DNA from: Dasania phycosphaerae
Lineage (GTDB): Bacteria; Pseudomonadota; Gammaproteobacteria; Pseudomonadales; Dasaniaceae
Reading direction: 5' to 3'
Length of the DNA stretch: 64,000 bases
Assembly: GCF_026891035.1 (NCBI RefSeq)
Contig: NZ_JAPTGG010000008.1
Coordinates: 157,497 to 221,496 of the forward strand
Part shown: positions 50,743-61,824 of the stretch, one piece after another
How positions within the stretch are numbered: the stretch's first letter is position 1
Layout: each line of letters starts with the position of its first letter
Program-made: the position numbers and the translations under genes
Notes under the pieces: model-generated
What the model was told of the DNA's origin: nothing
The model's database searches: none
What the model saw: only the letters and a program-made list of their open reading frames with translations

Positions 50743-52140
50743 TTATTGGTTTTGCTCTAAGCAATTAAGAATTTTTCCCACCTTGGAGTAGCACTCTTGG
50801 TATTCATCTTCGCATTGTGAATCGGCAACAATGCCGCCGCCGGCCCAGCAGTGTAGTTGCCCTTGCTGGCAGTACAGGGTGCGTATGGCGATATTGGTAT
50901 CCATGTGCCCGTCGCAGCTGATGTAGCCTATGCTGCCGCAGTAGGCGGAGCGGCGATGGCTTTCCAACTCTTCAATAATTTCCATGGCGCGTTTTTTGGG
51001 CGCACCTGTAATGGAACCACCGGGAAAGGCACCGGCTAATAAGTCTAAGGCGCTGGTGTTGGGCTTAAGGCTGCCGCTAATAGTGCTCACTAAATGGTGC
51101 ACGGTTTCAAAGCTTTGCAGCTCAAATAGTTTTTCTACTTTGATAGAGCCTGGCAGGCAGTTTTTGCCCAGGTCGTTGCGCAGTAAATCTACAATCATCA
51201 AATTTTCGGCGCGGTCCTTGTCGCTGTTTAGCAGCTCTTGCGCTAAGGCCGCATCTTGCTCGGGATTGCTGCTGCGTTTGCGGGTGCCTTTAATGGGGGC
51301 GGTGCTCACTTGCTGGCCTATGCACTGTATAAAACGCTCCGGTGACAGGCTGAGTATGGGCTGCTGGTTAAATTCCAAATAGGCTGAAAAGGGCGCAGCG
51401 GTGACAGGGCGCAATTGCTGGTAAGCCAGCCAGGGGTCGCCTTGGTAGGCGGCGCTAAAACGTTGCGCTAAATTAATTTGGTAGCAATCCCCGGCCTGTA
51501 TATAGCGCTGCACTTGGCTAAAGGCGCGCTGGTATTCAGTTTTACTAATACAGGGGGTAAAGGGCTGGCTAAGGCTAAATGCTGATGTGGGTGTCTTATT
51601 AGCAGTAGCGCCTGTATTGACTGCTGTAGTGGGTGTCTCAATAGTAGCTATCTCAATAGTAGCTAATAGCGTTTTCACCTCACTCAGCAGTTGTGGCTGG
51701 CACTGCGGGTGGGCTACCAGTAGGGTTTGTTGCTTTTGGTGATCATTAATTATGGCCCAGGTGTATATCCCTGCTAGGGCTATGGGGTGTTGGCTGTCGT
51801 TAATTACATGGTTGGGTAGTTTGTGCAACTGCCTGCCCAGATCATAGCTAAAGTAACCTATGGCACCGCCAATAAAAGGGAGCTGCTGTGGGTTTGCTAC
51901 CTGTGTATCCAATGTGTTTAGAGCTACAGCCAGGCGCTGAAAATAATGCTCGCTAGTTGGGCTGTCACGTTCATCACTGATTAGGGCTATGGGGGCGGCG
52001 CTGATAATGTCATAGCGCCCTTGTTGGGCGTAGGGTTTGCCACTATCCAAAAAAACGGGCTGTGGCAAAACACGTATTGCTGCAAATAGTGGGCTGCTAT
52101 CAGGGCTGTAAGGTAGCTCCTCTATCGTCAAAGATGTCAT
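50743..52140 (-). CDS. pabB: Aminodeoxychorismate synthase component I
   Basis: ~465 aa from MTSLTIEELPY; chorismate-binding enzyme motifs with PIKGTRKR (PabB-type Lys) and GGSITGAPK. Confidence 0.8.
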   Translation of the reverse strand: MTSLTIEELPYSPDSSPLFAAIRVLPQPVFLDSGKPYAQQGRYDIISAAPIALISDERDSPTSEHYFQRLAVALNTLDTQVANPQQLPFIGGAIGYFSYDLGRQLHKLPNHVINDSQHPIALAGIYTWAIINDHQKQQTLLVAHPQCQPQLLSEVKTLLATIEIATIETPTTAVNTGATANKTPTSAFSLSQPFTPCISKTEYQRAFSQVQRYIQAGDCYQINLAQRFSAAYQGDPWLAYQQLRPVTAAPFSAYLEFNQQPILSLSPERFIQCIGQQVSTAPIKGTRKRSSNPEQDAALAQELLNSDKDRAENLMIVDLLRNDLGKNCLPGSIKVEKLFELQSFETVHHLVSTISGSLKPNTSALDLLAGAFPGGSITGAPKKRAMEIIEELESHRRSAYCGSIGYISCDGHMDTNIAIRTLYCQQGQLHCWAGGGIVADSQCEDEYQECYSKVGKILNCLEQNQ

Positions 52141-52470
52141 TAACGGTGGTACTCGGGGTAAAGGCGGATTGTTGACTATAGTCTTAGCAGTGCTGGCGCT
52201 GCAGGCGCGAAATTGTAGCCTTTTAACCACCCTAAAAGAAGCTGTGGTTTAGTGAAAGCACTGTTTTTGAGTGCCGGTGCATGCTGCAAGAAGCGTTGAA
52301 TTAGTGAGTTAGTGATAATTTATGATACCTATTTTGAGCTTTTATAACCTATTCACTGAACAGCCGTTCAACGATAATCCCCGCCTGCAACGCTGTATAG
52401 CTCGTGCTTAGCCCGCTACAGGCTTATATCAACAGCTGCAATATGACCTACTAATAGAGACTGTTACACC

Positions 52471-54219
52471 ATGACTGAACATGCCAAATCTCAGCCAACT
52501 ACGTTGCCGCCCAGCGTAGAAAACCCCTTTGAAATTCCTAAAACCCAAGCCTTTGATGTGCCGGGGCAAATCGCCAGCGAGCCGGGCATCTACGAGCAGT
52601 CACTACAGGCTGGGCAAGCGCTAATCAATAAGCCTAGGCAGGCGGCAGGCATACCAGCTATAGAAAAACAACACCAAAAAAACCGTATGACGGTATGGGA
52701 GCGCCTAGCGGTGCTGGCCGATGATGGCACTGAGCCCACCATCTTGTTTCAAAACTGGGGGCCTAATTTAGATGGCGCCTCGCTGGTTACTGCCTTGGTC
52801 AAAATTAATCGCCGTGATGTGGCCGTGTATGGCCACGATTTTACCGTGCGCGCAGGCTCCATGGATGCCACCAACGGTAAAAAATTGGCTCGCCTATTTG
52901 AGCTAGCCGCCAAACGCAAAATCCCCTTGGTGGGCATGAACGACAGCGCCGGAGCCTATGTGCCCGCAGGTGTGGGTGGCTTGGATGGCTACGCCGAAGC
53001 CTTTACTGGTTTGCGTCGTTTAAGTGGTGTGGTGCCATCTATCATGTGTATGTTTGGTTTTAATGCCGGTGGCGGCTCTTACTTGCCACGCCAGGGTAGT
53101 TTTGTAATACAGCCCAACAACACGTTTTTTGGCTTAACCGGCCCCGGCGTGGTGAAATCTGTATTGGGTGAAGATGTAACCCCCGAAGAGTTGGGCGGCC
53201 CTAGTGTGCACAGTCAATCAGGCGTTACCGACTTTGTAGTGCCCGATGAAGTGGCGGCCCTGCAAAAAGTAAAACAATTATTAAATTACCTGCCGGCAAA
53301 CAATGCCGAGTTAGCGCCGTTTCAGCCTACCTCTGATCCCATTACCCGTAAAACCTGGGATATAGATATACTGCTGAAAAAAGCCTTTAACTCACCCACC
53401 GGTTTTAATACGCCTTTTGATATCAGCATTTTAATTCAGCAGCTGTGTGACCACGGCGATTATTTTGAAATTCAACCCGAGCGCGCTCGCAATACTATTT
53501 GCGCCTTGGGCCGCATGGGCGGCAATGTAATGGGTTTTGTCGCCAATAACTCAGCAGTAGGCTCTGGCCAAATTGATATCGCCGCCGCCTACAAAAATGC
53601 GCGCTTTATACGTTTTTGCAATCTCTACAATATCCCCATTATTTTTATGGAAGACACCACCGGCTTTTTACCCGGCAAAGAGCAAGAGGCTGGCGGCATA
53701 GTGCAGGCGGGTAGGGCGATGTTAGATGCCATTATCGATTTGCGCACACCGCGCTTTTTATTGATTGTGCGCAATGCCTTTGGTGGAGCTTACGCCTCTT
53801 ACAACAACTATCCCACCGGTGCTGATTTTGTGGTGGCTTTACCAACTTCACGCTTGGCGGTAATGGGGCCAGCCGGTGTTGAATTTGTTTATAAAAATGA
53901 GTTGCGCGAAATTCGTGGCTCAGTGGCCAATCGCATCGCTACTGCGGTAGAGCGTTTAACCGCTGATGGCCTAACTGAGCAAGATGCGTTAGCTGCCGCC
54001 CAAGAGTCAGTAGCTAACTGGGTTAAAGCGCAAGAGGCCGACCTAACCGCCCGCTACGAGCGTGAATTGATGAACCCTAACGAGGCGCTAAGCCTAGGCT
54101 CAATTTCACAAATCGTAATGCCCTCGGACTTAAGACAAGTTTTAGGCGAACAAATGGCTTTCCACTTGCAGCATTATACGGCCGAGCCTTTAAACGCCGT
54201 GCAACGTGAATTTCATTAA
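52471..54219 (+). CDS. Acyl-CoA carboxylase carboxyltransferase subunit (propionyl-CoA carboxylase beta-like)
   Basis: 582 aa; duplicated crotonase-like carboxyltransferase halves; ~60-aa N-terminal extension. Confidence 0.8.
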   Translation: MTEHAKSQPTTLPPSVENPFEIPKTQAFDVPGQIASEPGIYEQSLQAGQALINKPRQAAGIPAIEKQHQKNRMTVWERLAVLADDGTEPTILFQNWGPNLDGASLVTALVKINRRDVAVYGHDFTVRAGSMDATNGKKLARLFELAAKRKIPLVGMNDSAGAYVPAGVGGLDGYAEAFTGLRRLSGVVPSIMCMFGFNAGGGSYLPRQGSFVIQPNNTFFGLTGPGVVKSVLGEDVTPEELGGPSVHSQSGVTDFVVPDEVAALQKVKQLLNYLPANNAELAPFQPTSDPITRKTWDIDILLKKAFNSPTGFNTPFDISILIQQLCDHGDYFEIQPERARNTICALGRMGGNVMGFVANNSAVGSGQIDIAAAYKNARFIRFCNLYNIPIIFMEDTTGFLPGKEQEAGGIVQAGRAMLDAIIDLRTPRFLLIVRNAFGGAYASYNNYPTGADFVVALPTSRLAVMGPAGVEFVYKNELREIRGSVANRIATAVERLTADGLTEQDALAAAQESVANWVKAQEADLTARYERELMNPNEALSLGSISQIVMPSDLRQVLGEQMAFHLQHYTAEPLNAVQREFH

Positions 54220-54229
54220 GACTATAGCC

Positions 54230-57100
54230 ATGACCATAATGAACAAGAGGTTGACTACTGTGCAACACAGCAACGATTACTATTTAAATAACCCGCTAAT
54301 CCATCAGCAGCGGCAATTAAAAAATCACCCCTCGGCCTGGGTGCAAAGCTTTCACTGTGAAGATATAAAACCTTTAATCATCTGCCGCGGCCCTATACGT
54401 AAAGAGGCTATGGATGTTTTTGATGAAATGGGTATTAACAACTACGGCATTTTATTATCCGAAAAAGATTCCATCACCTATACCAATGCCCTGGCTCCCG
54501 AGTTGCGTAAACTCACCGACCCCTCGCGGGTACACCGGGTACCCGATTACACCGGCGCCACCAAAGAGGAGCGTGCCGCACGCATACAGCAAATTATCAG
54601 TATTGCTAAAGCCAATGCTTATGATGCGATTTTTGCCGGTTATGGCTTTATGTCAGAAGATGCCGAAATGGTTGAAGCCATGGAGCAGGCTGGCCTTAAT
54701 TTTATAGGCCCAGGTTCTCACACCCAGCGCGCGGCCGGCATGAAAGATCAGGCCAAACGCACCGCCTTAGAAACCGGTGTGTCGGTAACCCCGGGGGTTA
54801 ACAATGCCACTTCTTTAGCGTTGTTTGCTAAATATGGCAGGGAAGGTCTAGAGACCTGCGCCAAAGAGCACAAACTAACGGTGGACTTTACTGCCTGTAA
54901 AGATGATGAAGAAAAAGCCCTGGCTTTGTTAGCGGCTTCATACCGTGCGGGTATAGATATAATCACGGCTGCCGACATAGGCGCGGCCTTACAAGTTGAA
55001 GCCAAGCGTATGTTGGCTGAAAAACCCAACAACCGTTTTCGCTTAAAGGCGATTGCCGGTGGCGGTGGCAAAGGCCAGCGCATACTCAAGTCGGCGAATT
55101 CTTACACAGGTGCAAGCCTGGAGGAAAAAGTAGAAAAAGCTGCTGCTAAAGTACCCGCGTTAGTATTGGAATGTTTAATCGAATTAAAAACCAATGGCGT
55201 GGGTGATAATAAAAACGTACTGATAGAAATGAACATAGACACCACCCGTCACCAAGAAATACAAGTGGTGGGCAATGGTGACTGGTGCATGACCATGGGC
55301 GGCCGTGACTGCTCGCTGCAAATGCATGAGCAAAAACTATTAGAAGTATCTGTTACCGAAGAAGAGTTGCAAACAGCCATCGCAACTGCCGAGGCCGCCA
55401 ATAAAACAGCTGAAGTGCAACAGCTGAAAAAAGACTTAGACATACTGCGCAAAATGGAACACGAAGGCGCGGTATTTGGCGCAGCGGTAAAACTCAACTC
55501 CGTAGGCACCTTCGAGTGCATAGTGGATGGCGAAGCCCATTACTTTATGGAAATGAACACCCGCATACAGGTAGAGCACCGCGTTACCGAACTGTGTTAC
55601 AAATTAAAATTTAGCAACCCCGAAAACCCGCAAGACTTTTTTATTGCCGAGTCACTGGTGGAAGTGATGGTATTAATCGCCAGGCACGGTAATCGTTTGC
55701 CCAAACCTGAGCGCTTACCCCGCGAGCCAGCCTCGGTAGAGGCGCGCTTAAACGCCACCAACCAAGCGTTGCAGCCTCATGCTGGCGGTATGATAGAGCG
55801 ATGGTCTAATCCTATAGCTGGTGAAATTCGCGACGACCAAGGTATCAGCATGCACAACCCCGATACCGATGTGTTTATGAAATATCACTTAGCAGGGGCT
55901 TACGATTCCAATATCGCCTTATTACTTACCACCGGTAATAGCCGTTTAGATAGCTACCAACGTTTGGCCGAAGTTTTACGCCGCACCACCTTACGCGGTA
56001 AAGATCTGGCTACAAACTTAGAGTTCCACTACGGTTTGGTGAACTGGTTTATAGGTAACAACATTAACGCCAGGCCCAGCACCAACTTTATCGTGCCCTA
56101 CTTAACCGCGGTAGGGCAGCTAAAAGAAGCCGCCAATCAAATTGATTTAAACTACGCCTACGGCCAAATACGCAACAATTATTTAAACGATTGTGAAGCC
56201 AGTCATAAAGCCGGTTTTGACCAAGCACTGGATAGAAAACAGGGCTTATTACTGCGCCCCTTGCAGCATTTTGTAGAACAGCCCCATAACTTATCGGGCT
56301 GGCTGAGCATCAATCAACAACACTTTAGTTTTAACGAGCAAGGGCTGGTGTGGCATAAAAACCCTATAGCTTTATTAGCGGATATTTATCACTACCTACA
56401 CATGGATTATGTGGCTGGCAAGCCAGCTGCCAATATGATTTGGTGTCACGATAATGAGCTGCTGCAAAAAGCGCTGAGTTTTTATAACAGCCTAGAGCAG
56501 CGCTTAGGAGTCAACAGTTTTGCCGAATTAGAGGCGGCACTAGCTGGCGATAAACCTGACTCTATGGAGCAGTCACAATGGCAGGCCGTGATTGCTGCCC
56601 ATGCAGGCTTTCAGGCTGGCACCGAAATATTAGCTATCTTGCCTTACTTGGCTAAGCAAACGGGCTTTTATGAGCTGTCCGTAAATGAAGACCTAAGCAT
56701 ACATATACCGGCAGCCTTAACCGATGGTGAGCTACAAGCGGCCATGGCCAAAGTATTAGTGCCACCGCCAGTAGCCAGCTCGGATGAAATCTTAGCGGCC
56801 AGCGGCGGCATGTTTTACCCACGCGAAGCGCCGGGCATGCAGCCCTTTGTAGAGGTAGGCAGCCACTTCAACGAAGGCGACCCGCTGTATATTGTTGAAG
56901 TGATGAAAATGTTCAATAAGGTATATGCGCCGTTTTCTGGTACAATTGACGCGATTTTCGTCGAAACCGATGGTTCAATCATTAAAAAAGGCCAAAAGCT
57001 GTTTAAGATTACCCCTGATGAAGTCGTGGTAGTTGAAACCCCAGAACAGGTACAACAACGCATGCGCGAACACACCAACGCGTTTTTGCTTAGCCTGTAA
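54230..57100 (+). CDS. Atypically long biotin carboxylase + biotin carboxyl carrier fusion (acyl-CoA carboxylase alpha-like)
   Basis: ~956 aa; ATP-grasp biotin carboxylase motifs (KAIAGGGGKGQRIL, YFMEMNTRIQVEHRVTE) with several insertions, ~260-aa extra region, C-terminal biotinyl domain (EVMKMFNKV). Confidence 0.8.
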   Translation: MTIMNKRLTTVQHSNDYYLNNPLIHQQRQLKNHPSAWVQSFHCEDIKPLIICRGPIRKEAMDVFDEMGINNYGILLSEKDSITYTNALAPELRKLTDPSRVHRVPDYTGATKEERAARIQQIISIAKANAYDAIFAGYGFMSEDAEMVEAMEQAGLNFIGPGSHTQRAAGMKDQAKRTALETGVSVTPGVNNATSLALFAKYGREGLETCAKEHKLTVDFTACKDDEEKALALLAASYRAGIDIITAADIGAALQVEAKRMLAEKPNNRFRLKAIAGGGGKGQRILKSANSYTGASLEEKVEKAAAKVPALVLECLIELKTNGVGDNKNVLIEMNIDTTRHQEIQVVGNGDWCMTMGGRDCSLQMHEQKLLEVSVTEEELQTAIATAEAANKTAEVQQLKKDLDILRKMEHEGAVFGAAVKLNSVGTFECIVDGEAHYFMEMNTRIQVEHRVTELCYKLKFSNPENPQDFFIAESLVEVMVLIARHGNRLPKPERLPREPASVEARLNATNQALQPHAGGMIERWSNPIAGEIRDDQGISMHNPDTDVFMKYHLAGAYDSNIALLLTTGNSRLDSYQRLAEVLRRTTLRGKDLATNLEFHYGLVNWFIGNNINARPSTNFIVPYLTAVGQLKEAANQIDLNYAYGQIRNNYLNDCEASHKAGFDQALDRKQGLLLRPLQHFVEQPHNLSGWLSINQQHFSFNEQGLVWHKNPIALLADIYHYLHMDYVAGKPAANMIWCHDNELLQKALSFYNSLEQRLGVNSFAELEAALAGDKPDSMEQSQWQAVIAAHAGFQAGTEILAILPYLAKQTGFYELSVNEDLSIHIPAALTDGELQAAMAKVLVPPPVASSDEILAASGGMFYPREAPGMQPFVEVGSHFNEGDPLYIVEVMKMFNKVYAPFSGTIDAIFVETDGSIIKKGQKLFKITPDEVVVVETPEQVQQRMREHTNAFLLSL

Positions 57101-57223
57101 AGAGAGGGTGGGGGGCGCTAAAGGCGCCCTGTTGTTAATTACCCATATACTTGCTATCGCATTTAGCGATGGTTCAGATAGTTAACAGTGTCGCGCTTGT
57201 TAGGCGACTATAGGACGTATTTA

Positions 57224-57634
57224 ATGATTACAGCACTGGATCACATAGCCATAGCCGTACCCGATTTAGAAAAAAGCATTAAGCGCTTTATGGACGACTT
57301 TGGTTTAACTTTCGAAGGCCGCGAAGATGTCGCTGCCGCCAAAACTTCTACTGCCTTTTTCCCCTTGCCCCCCACCAGCATAGAGCTGGTACACCCCTTA
57401 AATGGCGAAGGCCCCATAGCGGGCTTTTTAGAAAAAAAGGGCGCGGGCCTACATCATTTATGTTTTCGCTCCGACGATATAGAAGCTGACGTTGCCAGGT
57501 TAAAAGCCAAGGGCTATCAGTTTTTATCTGAAGCACCCAGCCTGGGGGCGCACAATAGCAAAGTGATTTTTATACACCCTAAATCTTGCGACGGCGTGCT
57601 AATAGAAATTAACCAGCCCGGTGATGAGCACTAG
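57224..57634 (+). CDS. Methylmalonyl-CoA epimerase (VOC/glyoxalase fold)
   Basis: ~136 aa from MITALDHIAIAVPDLEKSI; HHLCF and C-terminal Glu blocks typical of MCE. Confidence 0.8.
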   Translation: MITALDHIAIAVPDLEKSIKRFMDDFGLTFEGREDVAAAKTSTAFFPLPPTSIELVHPLNGEGPIAGFLEKKGAGLHHLCFRSDDIEADVARLKAKGYQFLSEAPSLGAHNSKVIFIHPKSCDGVLIEINQPGDEH

Positions 57635-57697
57635 CCCCTTTTTACTTACGCTCAGCAGTAGCAGCCAGTGATGTGAAAAATTTTAAAAGGTAGAACC

Positions 57698-59857
57698 ATG
57701 TCAGACCATACATATAACCCTCAGCCCGCCACCTTAGATGAGTGGAAGGCGCTAGCCACCAAACAAATGAAAGGCCTAACGCCAGACGAAATGACCTGGC
57801 AAACCCCAGAAGGCATAGACTTAAAATGCCTGTACACCGCCGCCGATACCGCCGGTTTACAGTACACCAATACCTTGCCCGGTTTAGCACCGTATATACG
57901 CGGCCCGCAGGCCACCATGTATGCTGGTCGCCCTTGGACTATACGCCAGTACGCGGGGTTTTCTACCGCCGAAGAGTCCAACGCCTTTTACCGTAAAGCC
58001 TTAGCTGCCGGTGGCCAAGGTGTGTCGGTAGCGTTTGATTTGGCGACTCACCGCGGTTATGACTCAGACCACCCTCGTGTTACCGGTGATGTAGGTAAGG
58101 CCGGTGTGGCCATAGACTCTGTAGAAGATATGAAAATTTTATTTAACGAAATTCCGTTAGATAAAGTGTCCGTGTCTATGACTATGAACGGTGCTGTGTT
58201 GCCAGTGTTGGCAGGCTATATAGTCGCCGCCGAAGAGCAGGGTGTAGGCCAGGATAAACTCTCAGGCACTATACAAAACGATATCTTAAAAGAATTTATG
58301 GTGCGTAATACCTATATTTATCCACCGGCACCGTCTATGAAAATCATAGGCGATATTATCTCCTATGCCTCCGAGCATATGCCCAAGTTCAACACCATTT
58401 CTATTTCGGGTTATCACATACAAGAGGCCGGTGCCGATGCCGCTTTAGAGCTGGCCTACACCTTAGCCGATGGCAAAGAGTATATACGCACGGCTATTGC
58501 TGCCGGTTTAGACATAGATCAGTTTGCGCCACGGCTGAGCTTCTTCTGGGGCATAGGCATGAACTTTTATATGGAAATCGCCAAGATGCGCGCCGCCCGA
58601 CTATTGTGGGCCAAAATTGTAAGCGAGTTTAAGCCGCAAAACCCCAAGTCTTCTATGTTGCGTACCCACAGCCAAACCTCGGGCTGGTCGTTGACCGAGC
58701 AAGACCCTTACAACAACGTTGTGCGCACTACCATAGAAGCCATGGCGGCAGTATTTGGCGGCACCCAATCCCTGCACACCAACGCTTTGGATGAAGCCAT
58801 AGCCTTGCCCACCGAGTTTTCGGCGCGCATTGCCCGTAACACGCAATTAATTATTCAAGAAGAAACCGGCATTACTCAAGTGGTAGATCCTTGGGGTGGT
58901 TCTTATATGATGGAAAGCCTCACTCAAGAAATTGCCGATAAAGCCTGGGCTCTAATCGAAGAAGTAGAAGAAAAAGGCGGCATGGCCAAAGCTATAGAGA
59001 CCGGCATGCCTAAATTGCGTATAGAAGAGTCGGCGGCGAAAAAGCAGGCCCGCATAGACCGCGGCGAAGATGTTATCGTTGGGGTTAATAAATACATACT
59101 GGACGAAGAAGACGACATAGACATACTCGATGTAGACAACAATGCCGTGCGCGAGGCCCAGGTTAAACGCCTGGCCCAGATACGCGCCAGCCGTGATGAA
59201 CAAGCCGTAGAAGATGCGCTGGAAGCTATTTACCAAGCCGCAGTATCAGGCCAGGGAAATCTGTTAGACTTGGCCATCAAAGCCACCCGTGTGCGCGCCA
59301 CTGTTGGGGAGATTTCATTTGCTATGGAAAGAGAATTTGACCGTTTTAATGCTCAGTCACAAACCGTGTCGGGTGTGTATGGCAGTGCCTACCAAGAGGA
59401 TGAAAACTGGCAGGGCATTAGCGCCGATATCGATAGCTTTGTAGAAAAGCACGGCCGCCGCCCGCGCATGCTAGTGTGCAAAATGGGGCAAGACGGCCAC
59501 GACCGTGGCGCCAAAGTTATAGCCACCGCCTTTGCCGATGTGGGTTTTGATATAGATTTATCACCTATGTTCTCTACCCCCGAAGAAGTGGCCAAACAGG
59601 CTATAGAAAACGATGTACATGTAGTGGGCGTATCTTCTCAAGCCGCTGGCCACAAAACCTTAGTACCCGAATTATTAGCCGAACTTAAAAAGCAGGGCGC
59701 TGAAGATATTATCGTGGTAGCTGGTGGCGTAATCCCCAAACAGGATTACGAGTTTTTATATGCCGCAGGGGTAAAAGGCATCTTCGGCCCTGGCACTAAA
59801 ATACCGGTAGCCGCCCGCGATGTTTTAGAGTCCATTAATGCAGCTTATAACATCTAA
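57698..59857 (+). CDS. Methylmalonyl-CoA mutase (single-chain, with C-terminal B12-binding domain)
   Basis: 719 aa; TIM-barrel mutase region plus [21 protein letters not shown] cobalamin-binding motif. Confidence 0.9.
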   Translation: MSDHTYNPQPATLDEWKALATKQMKGLTPDEMTWQTPEGIDLKCLYTAADTAGLQYTNTLPGLAPYIRGPQATMYAGRPWTIRQYAGFSTAEESNAFYRKALAAGGQGVSVAFDLATHRGYDSDHPRVTGDVGKAGVAIDSVEDMKILFNEIPLDKVSVSMTMNGAVLPVLAGYIVAAEEQGVGQDKLSGTIQNDILKEFMVRNTYIYPPAPSMKIIGDIISYASEHMPKFNTISISGYHIQEAGADAALELAYTLADGKEYIRTAIAAGLDIDQFAPRLSFFWGIGMNFYMEIAKMRAARLLWAKIVSEFKPQNPKSSMLRTHSQTSGWSLTEQDPYNNVVRTTIEAMAAVFGGTQSLHTNALDEAIALPTEFSARIARNTQLIIQEETGITQVVDPWGGSYMMESLTQEIADKAWALIEEVEEKGGMAKAIETGMPKLRIEESAAKKQARIDRGEDVIVGVNKYILDEEDDIDILDVDNNAVREAQVKRLAQIRASRDEQAVEDALEAIYQAAVSGQGNLLDLAIKATRVRATVGEISFAMEREFDRFNAQSQTVSGVYGSAYQEDENWQGISADIDSFVEKHGRRPRMLVCKMGQDGHDRGAKVIATAFADVGFDIDLSPMFSTPEEVAKQAIENDVHVVGVSSQAAGHKTLVPELLAELKKQGAEDIIVVAGGVIPKQDYEFLYAAGVKGIFGPGTKIPVAARDVLESINAAYNI

Positions 59858-60816
59858 TGGCTGTTATAGACCTTAACGCTTTGGCTGAGGGCAACCGCCG
59901 TGCCCTCGCTAAAGCCATCACCCTGGTAGAAAGCAAACTAGACAGCCACCGCGAGCAAGCCCAGCACATGCTAGAGCAGTTGCTGCCCAAAACTGGCAAT
60001 AGCATACGCATAGGCATTACCGGCATACCCGGGGTGGGCAAATCTACCTTTATAGAAACCTTTGGCCTGTACTTAATTGCCCAGGGCAAAAAGGTCGCGG
60101 TGTTAGCGGTAGACCCCAGCTCGCCCTTAGAGGGCGGCTCCATATTGGGCGACAAAACCCGCATGGAAATGCTCAGCCGCGAAAGCAATGCCTTTATACG
60201 CCCTTCACCCAGTGAGGGCGCTTTAGGCGGGGTGGCACAAAAAACCCGCGAAACCATGTTGCTATGTGAAGCCGCAGGCTACGACGTAATTTTGGTAGAA
60301 ACCGTAGGGGTAGGCCAAAGCGAATACGAAGTGGCTGGCATGGTCGATTTTTTTATGGTGCTAATGCTGCCTAACGCGGGTGATGAGCTACAGGGCATCA
60401 AAAAAGGCATTATGGAATTAGCCGATGCCTTGGTGATTAACAAAGCCGATGGTGACTCTATTAACCTGGCCCAGCAAACCTGCCGCCATTATAAAAATGC
60501 GATGAACCTATTGCGCCATAACTCCTTTTGGACGCCACAGGTATTAAGTTGCTCGGCACAATTAAAGCAGGGCATAGATGCCGTGTGGGGCATGATTAGC
60601 AATTTTCATATAGACGCCACCAACAACGGCGCCTTTGCCAATAAGCGCACCCAGCAAAATAAAGAGTGGATGCAAAAACTGATCACCGAGCTGCTGGCCC
60701 GCAAACTCAACCAAAACCCACAGGTGCGCGAGCTTAAACCTCTGCTGGAGCAAAAGGTGATTAAGGGTGAAACCACGCCCTTGCTGGCCGCACAACGTTT
60801 AATTGAATTGCTGTGA
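59857..60816 (+). CDS. meaB: Methylmalonyl-CoA mutase-associated GTPase MeaB (ArgK)
   Basis: 319 aa; GITGIPGVGKST P-loop and NKAD motif; start overlaps mutase stop. Confidence 0.9.
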   Translation: MAVIDLNALAEGNRRALAKAITLVESKLDSHREQAQHMLEQLLPKTGNSIRIGITGIPGVGKSTFIETFGLYLIAQGKKVAVLAVDPSSPLEGGSILGDKTRMEMLSRESNAFIRPSPSEGALGGVAQKTRETMLLCEAAGYDVILVETVGVGQSEYEVAGMVDFFMVLMLPNAGDELQGIKKGIMELADALVINKADGDSINLAQQTCRHYKNAMNLLRHNSFWTPQVLSCSAQLKQGIDAVWGMISNFHIDATNNGAFANKRTQQNKEWMQKLITELLARKLNQNPQVRELKPLLEQKVIKGETTPLLAAQRLIELL

Positions 60817-61287
60817 GTGAGTATGAGTAATCATACTGTTACCGCCCGCTACCTTAGCGACTTTTTAAACCAGCACATGGAAATGGCCCAGCATATGGAC
60901 ATGAAAGTGCAACACTACAATGGTGATTGCCTAGCCCTGTCTATTGCCTTAAAACCTTCTCTTAATGATAAGCTCACCGCCTGGGGCGGCAGCCTGTATG
61001 GCCTTTGTGTGATGGCTGGCTGGGGCATGTATTACCTCAAATGCCGGGAGCAGGGCATCAACCCCAATATAGTCGTTAGCCATGGCGAGATAGATTACCT
61101 AGCCCCCGTGGCCGATGAGTTAATTGTGGCGCTATGCCATGGGCAGGCTATAGATTGGAGCAGTGTTTTTGCCCGTGTGCGCAGCCACGGCAAGGCTACG
61201 GTGGCGTTAACGGCTACGGTAAACAGCGCGGGTTCAACAGCGGTCACTTTTAAGGGCCGCTATACTTTGGTCGGCATAAAAAAATAA
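60817..61287 (+). CDS. Hotdog-fold thioesterase-like protein (DUF4442/YiiD_C-like)
   Basis: 156 aa immediately after meaB; pattern consistent with a thioesterase superfamily domain; GTG start (or ATG 60823). Confidence 0.55.
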   Translation: MSMSNHTVTARYLSDFLNQHMEMAQHMDMKVQHYNGDCLALSIALKPSLNDKLTAWGGSLYGLCVMAGWGMYYLKCREQGINPNIVVSHGEIDYLAPVADELIVALCHGQAIDWSSVFARVRSHGKATVALTATVNSAGSTAVTFKGRYTLVGIKK

Positions 61288-61612
61288 TCATCAGCCCGCC
61301 ACTGGCAAAATGATCAAAATAGGCTAGCGGTGCTACCCAATTGTACCTTTGGTAACGCCCACCAAGCTTTTCTGTGTGCTTGGGTTACGGCTCAAAATAG
61401 TAGCCCGTCAGTCGCCACTAACCCCAAGCTCAAGGTTTTATGCACATTTTGGCGTTTATGTGAAATATTCACATATACCGGGGCTTAAATTACTGTATAT
61501 GCATACAAAATAATGTAAGTGATTGATTTATAAGGCTTTAATTTGCTGGTTAAAAAATAAACAATCTGTCTTGGCGTTTGTTATATGGGGCCTATATGAA
61601 TTTTTTATGACC

Positions 61613-61647
61613 TTATCCACTAACTTATCCACAGATTTTGTGGATAA
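61613..61647. promoter_or_regulatory. DnaA-box cluster: TTATCCACT (61613-61621), TTATCCACA (61625-61633) and inverted TGTGGATAA (61639-61647)
   Basis: Two perfect consensus 9-mers in inverted orientation 5 bp apart plus a third one-mismatch box, in an AT-rich 460-bp intergenic region ~180 bp upstream of the dimeric dUTPase start; candidate -10 TATAAT at 61759-61764. Confidence 0.6.
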
Positions 61648-61824
61648 ATACGTACAAGCCCCATATAGCTGGTGCTTATTAAGGCAGGGTCAAGAATGAT
61701 ATTAAAAGTATAAATAAAGTGATCATAAATTGGCGCTTTTAAGCAGCTCTTGAGCCGGTATAATGCGCTACCCATGACAAAAATGTGTCAACAAATAGCG
61801 CAATGGCCTACACGAGGAACAAAC

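Noticed and set aside
54206-54229. GTG start at 54206 for the biotin carboxylase gene (overlapping the carboxyltransferase stop)
   Set aside because: ATG 54230 (MTIMNKRL) avoids the overlap and is the more plausible start. The longest-ORF coordinate from the track is probably an over-extension, as it also is for pabB, purC, xthA, the Lrp-like gene and the dUTPase gene.
61290-61750. AT-rich gap with DnaA boxes considered as the chromosomal oriC
   Set aside because: Only three boxes are present, with no 13-mer DUE-like AT repeats recognised and no flanking dnaA/dnaN, gidA/mioC or rpmH markers. It is more likely a regulatory or titration site, and it is reported as a finding rather than an origin.
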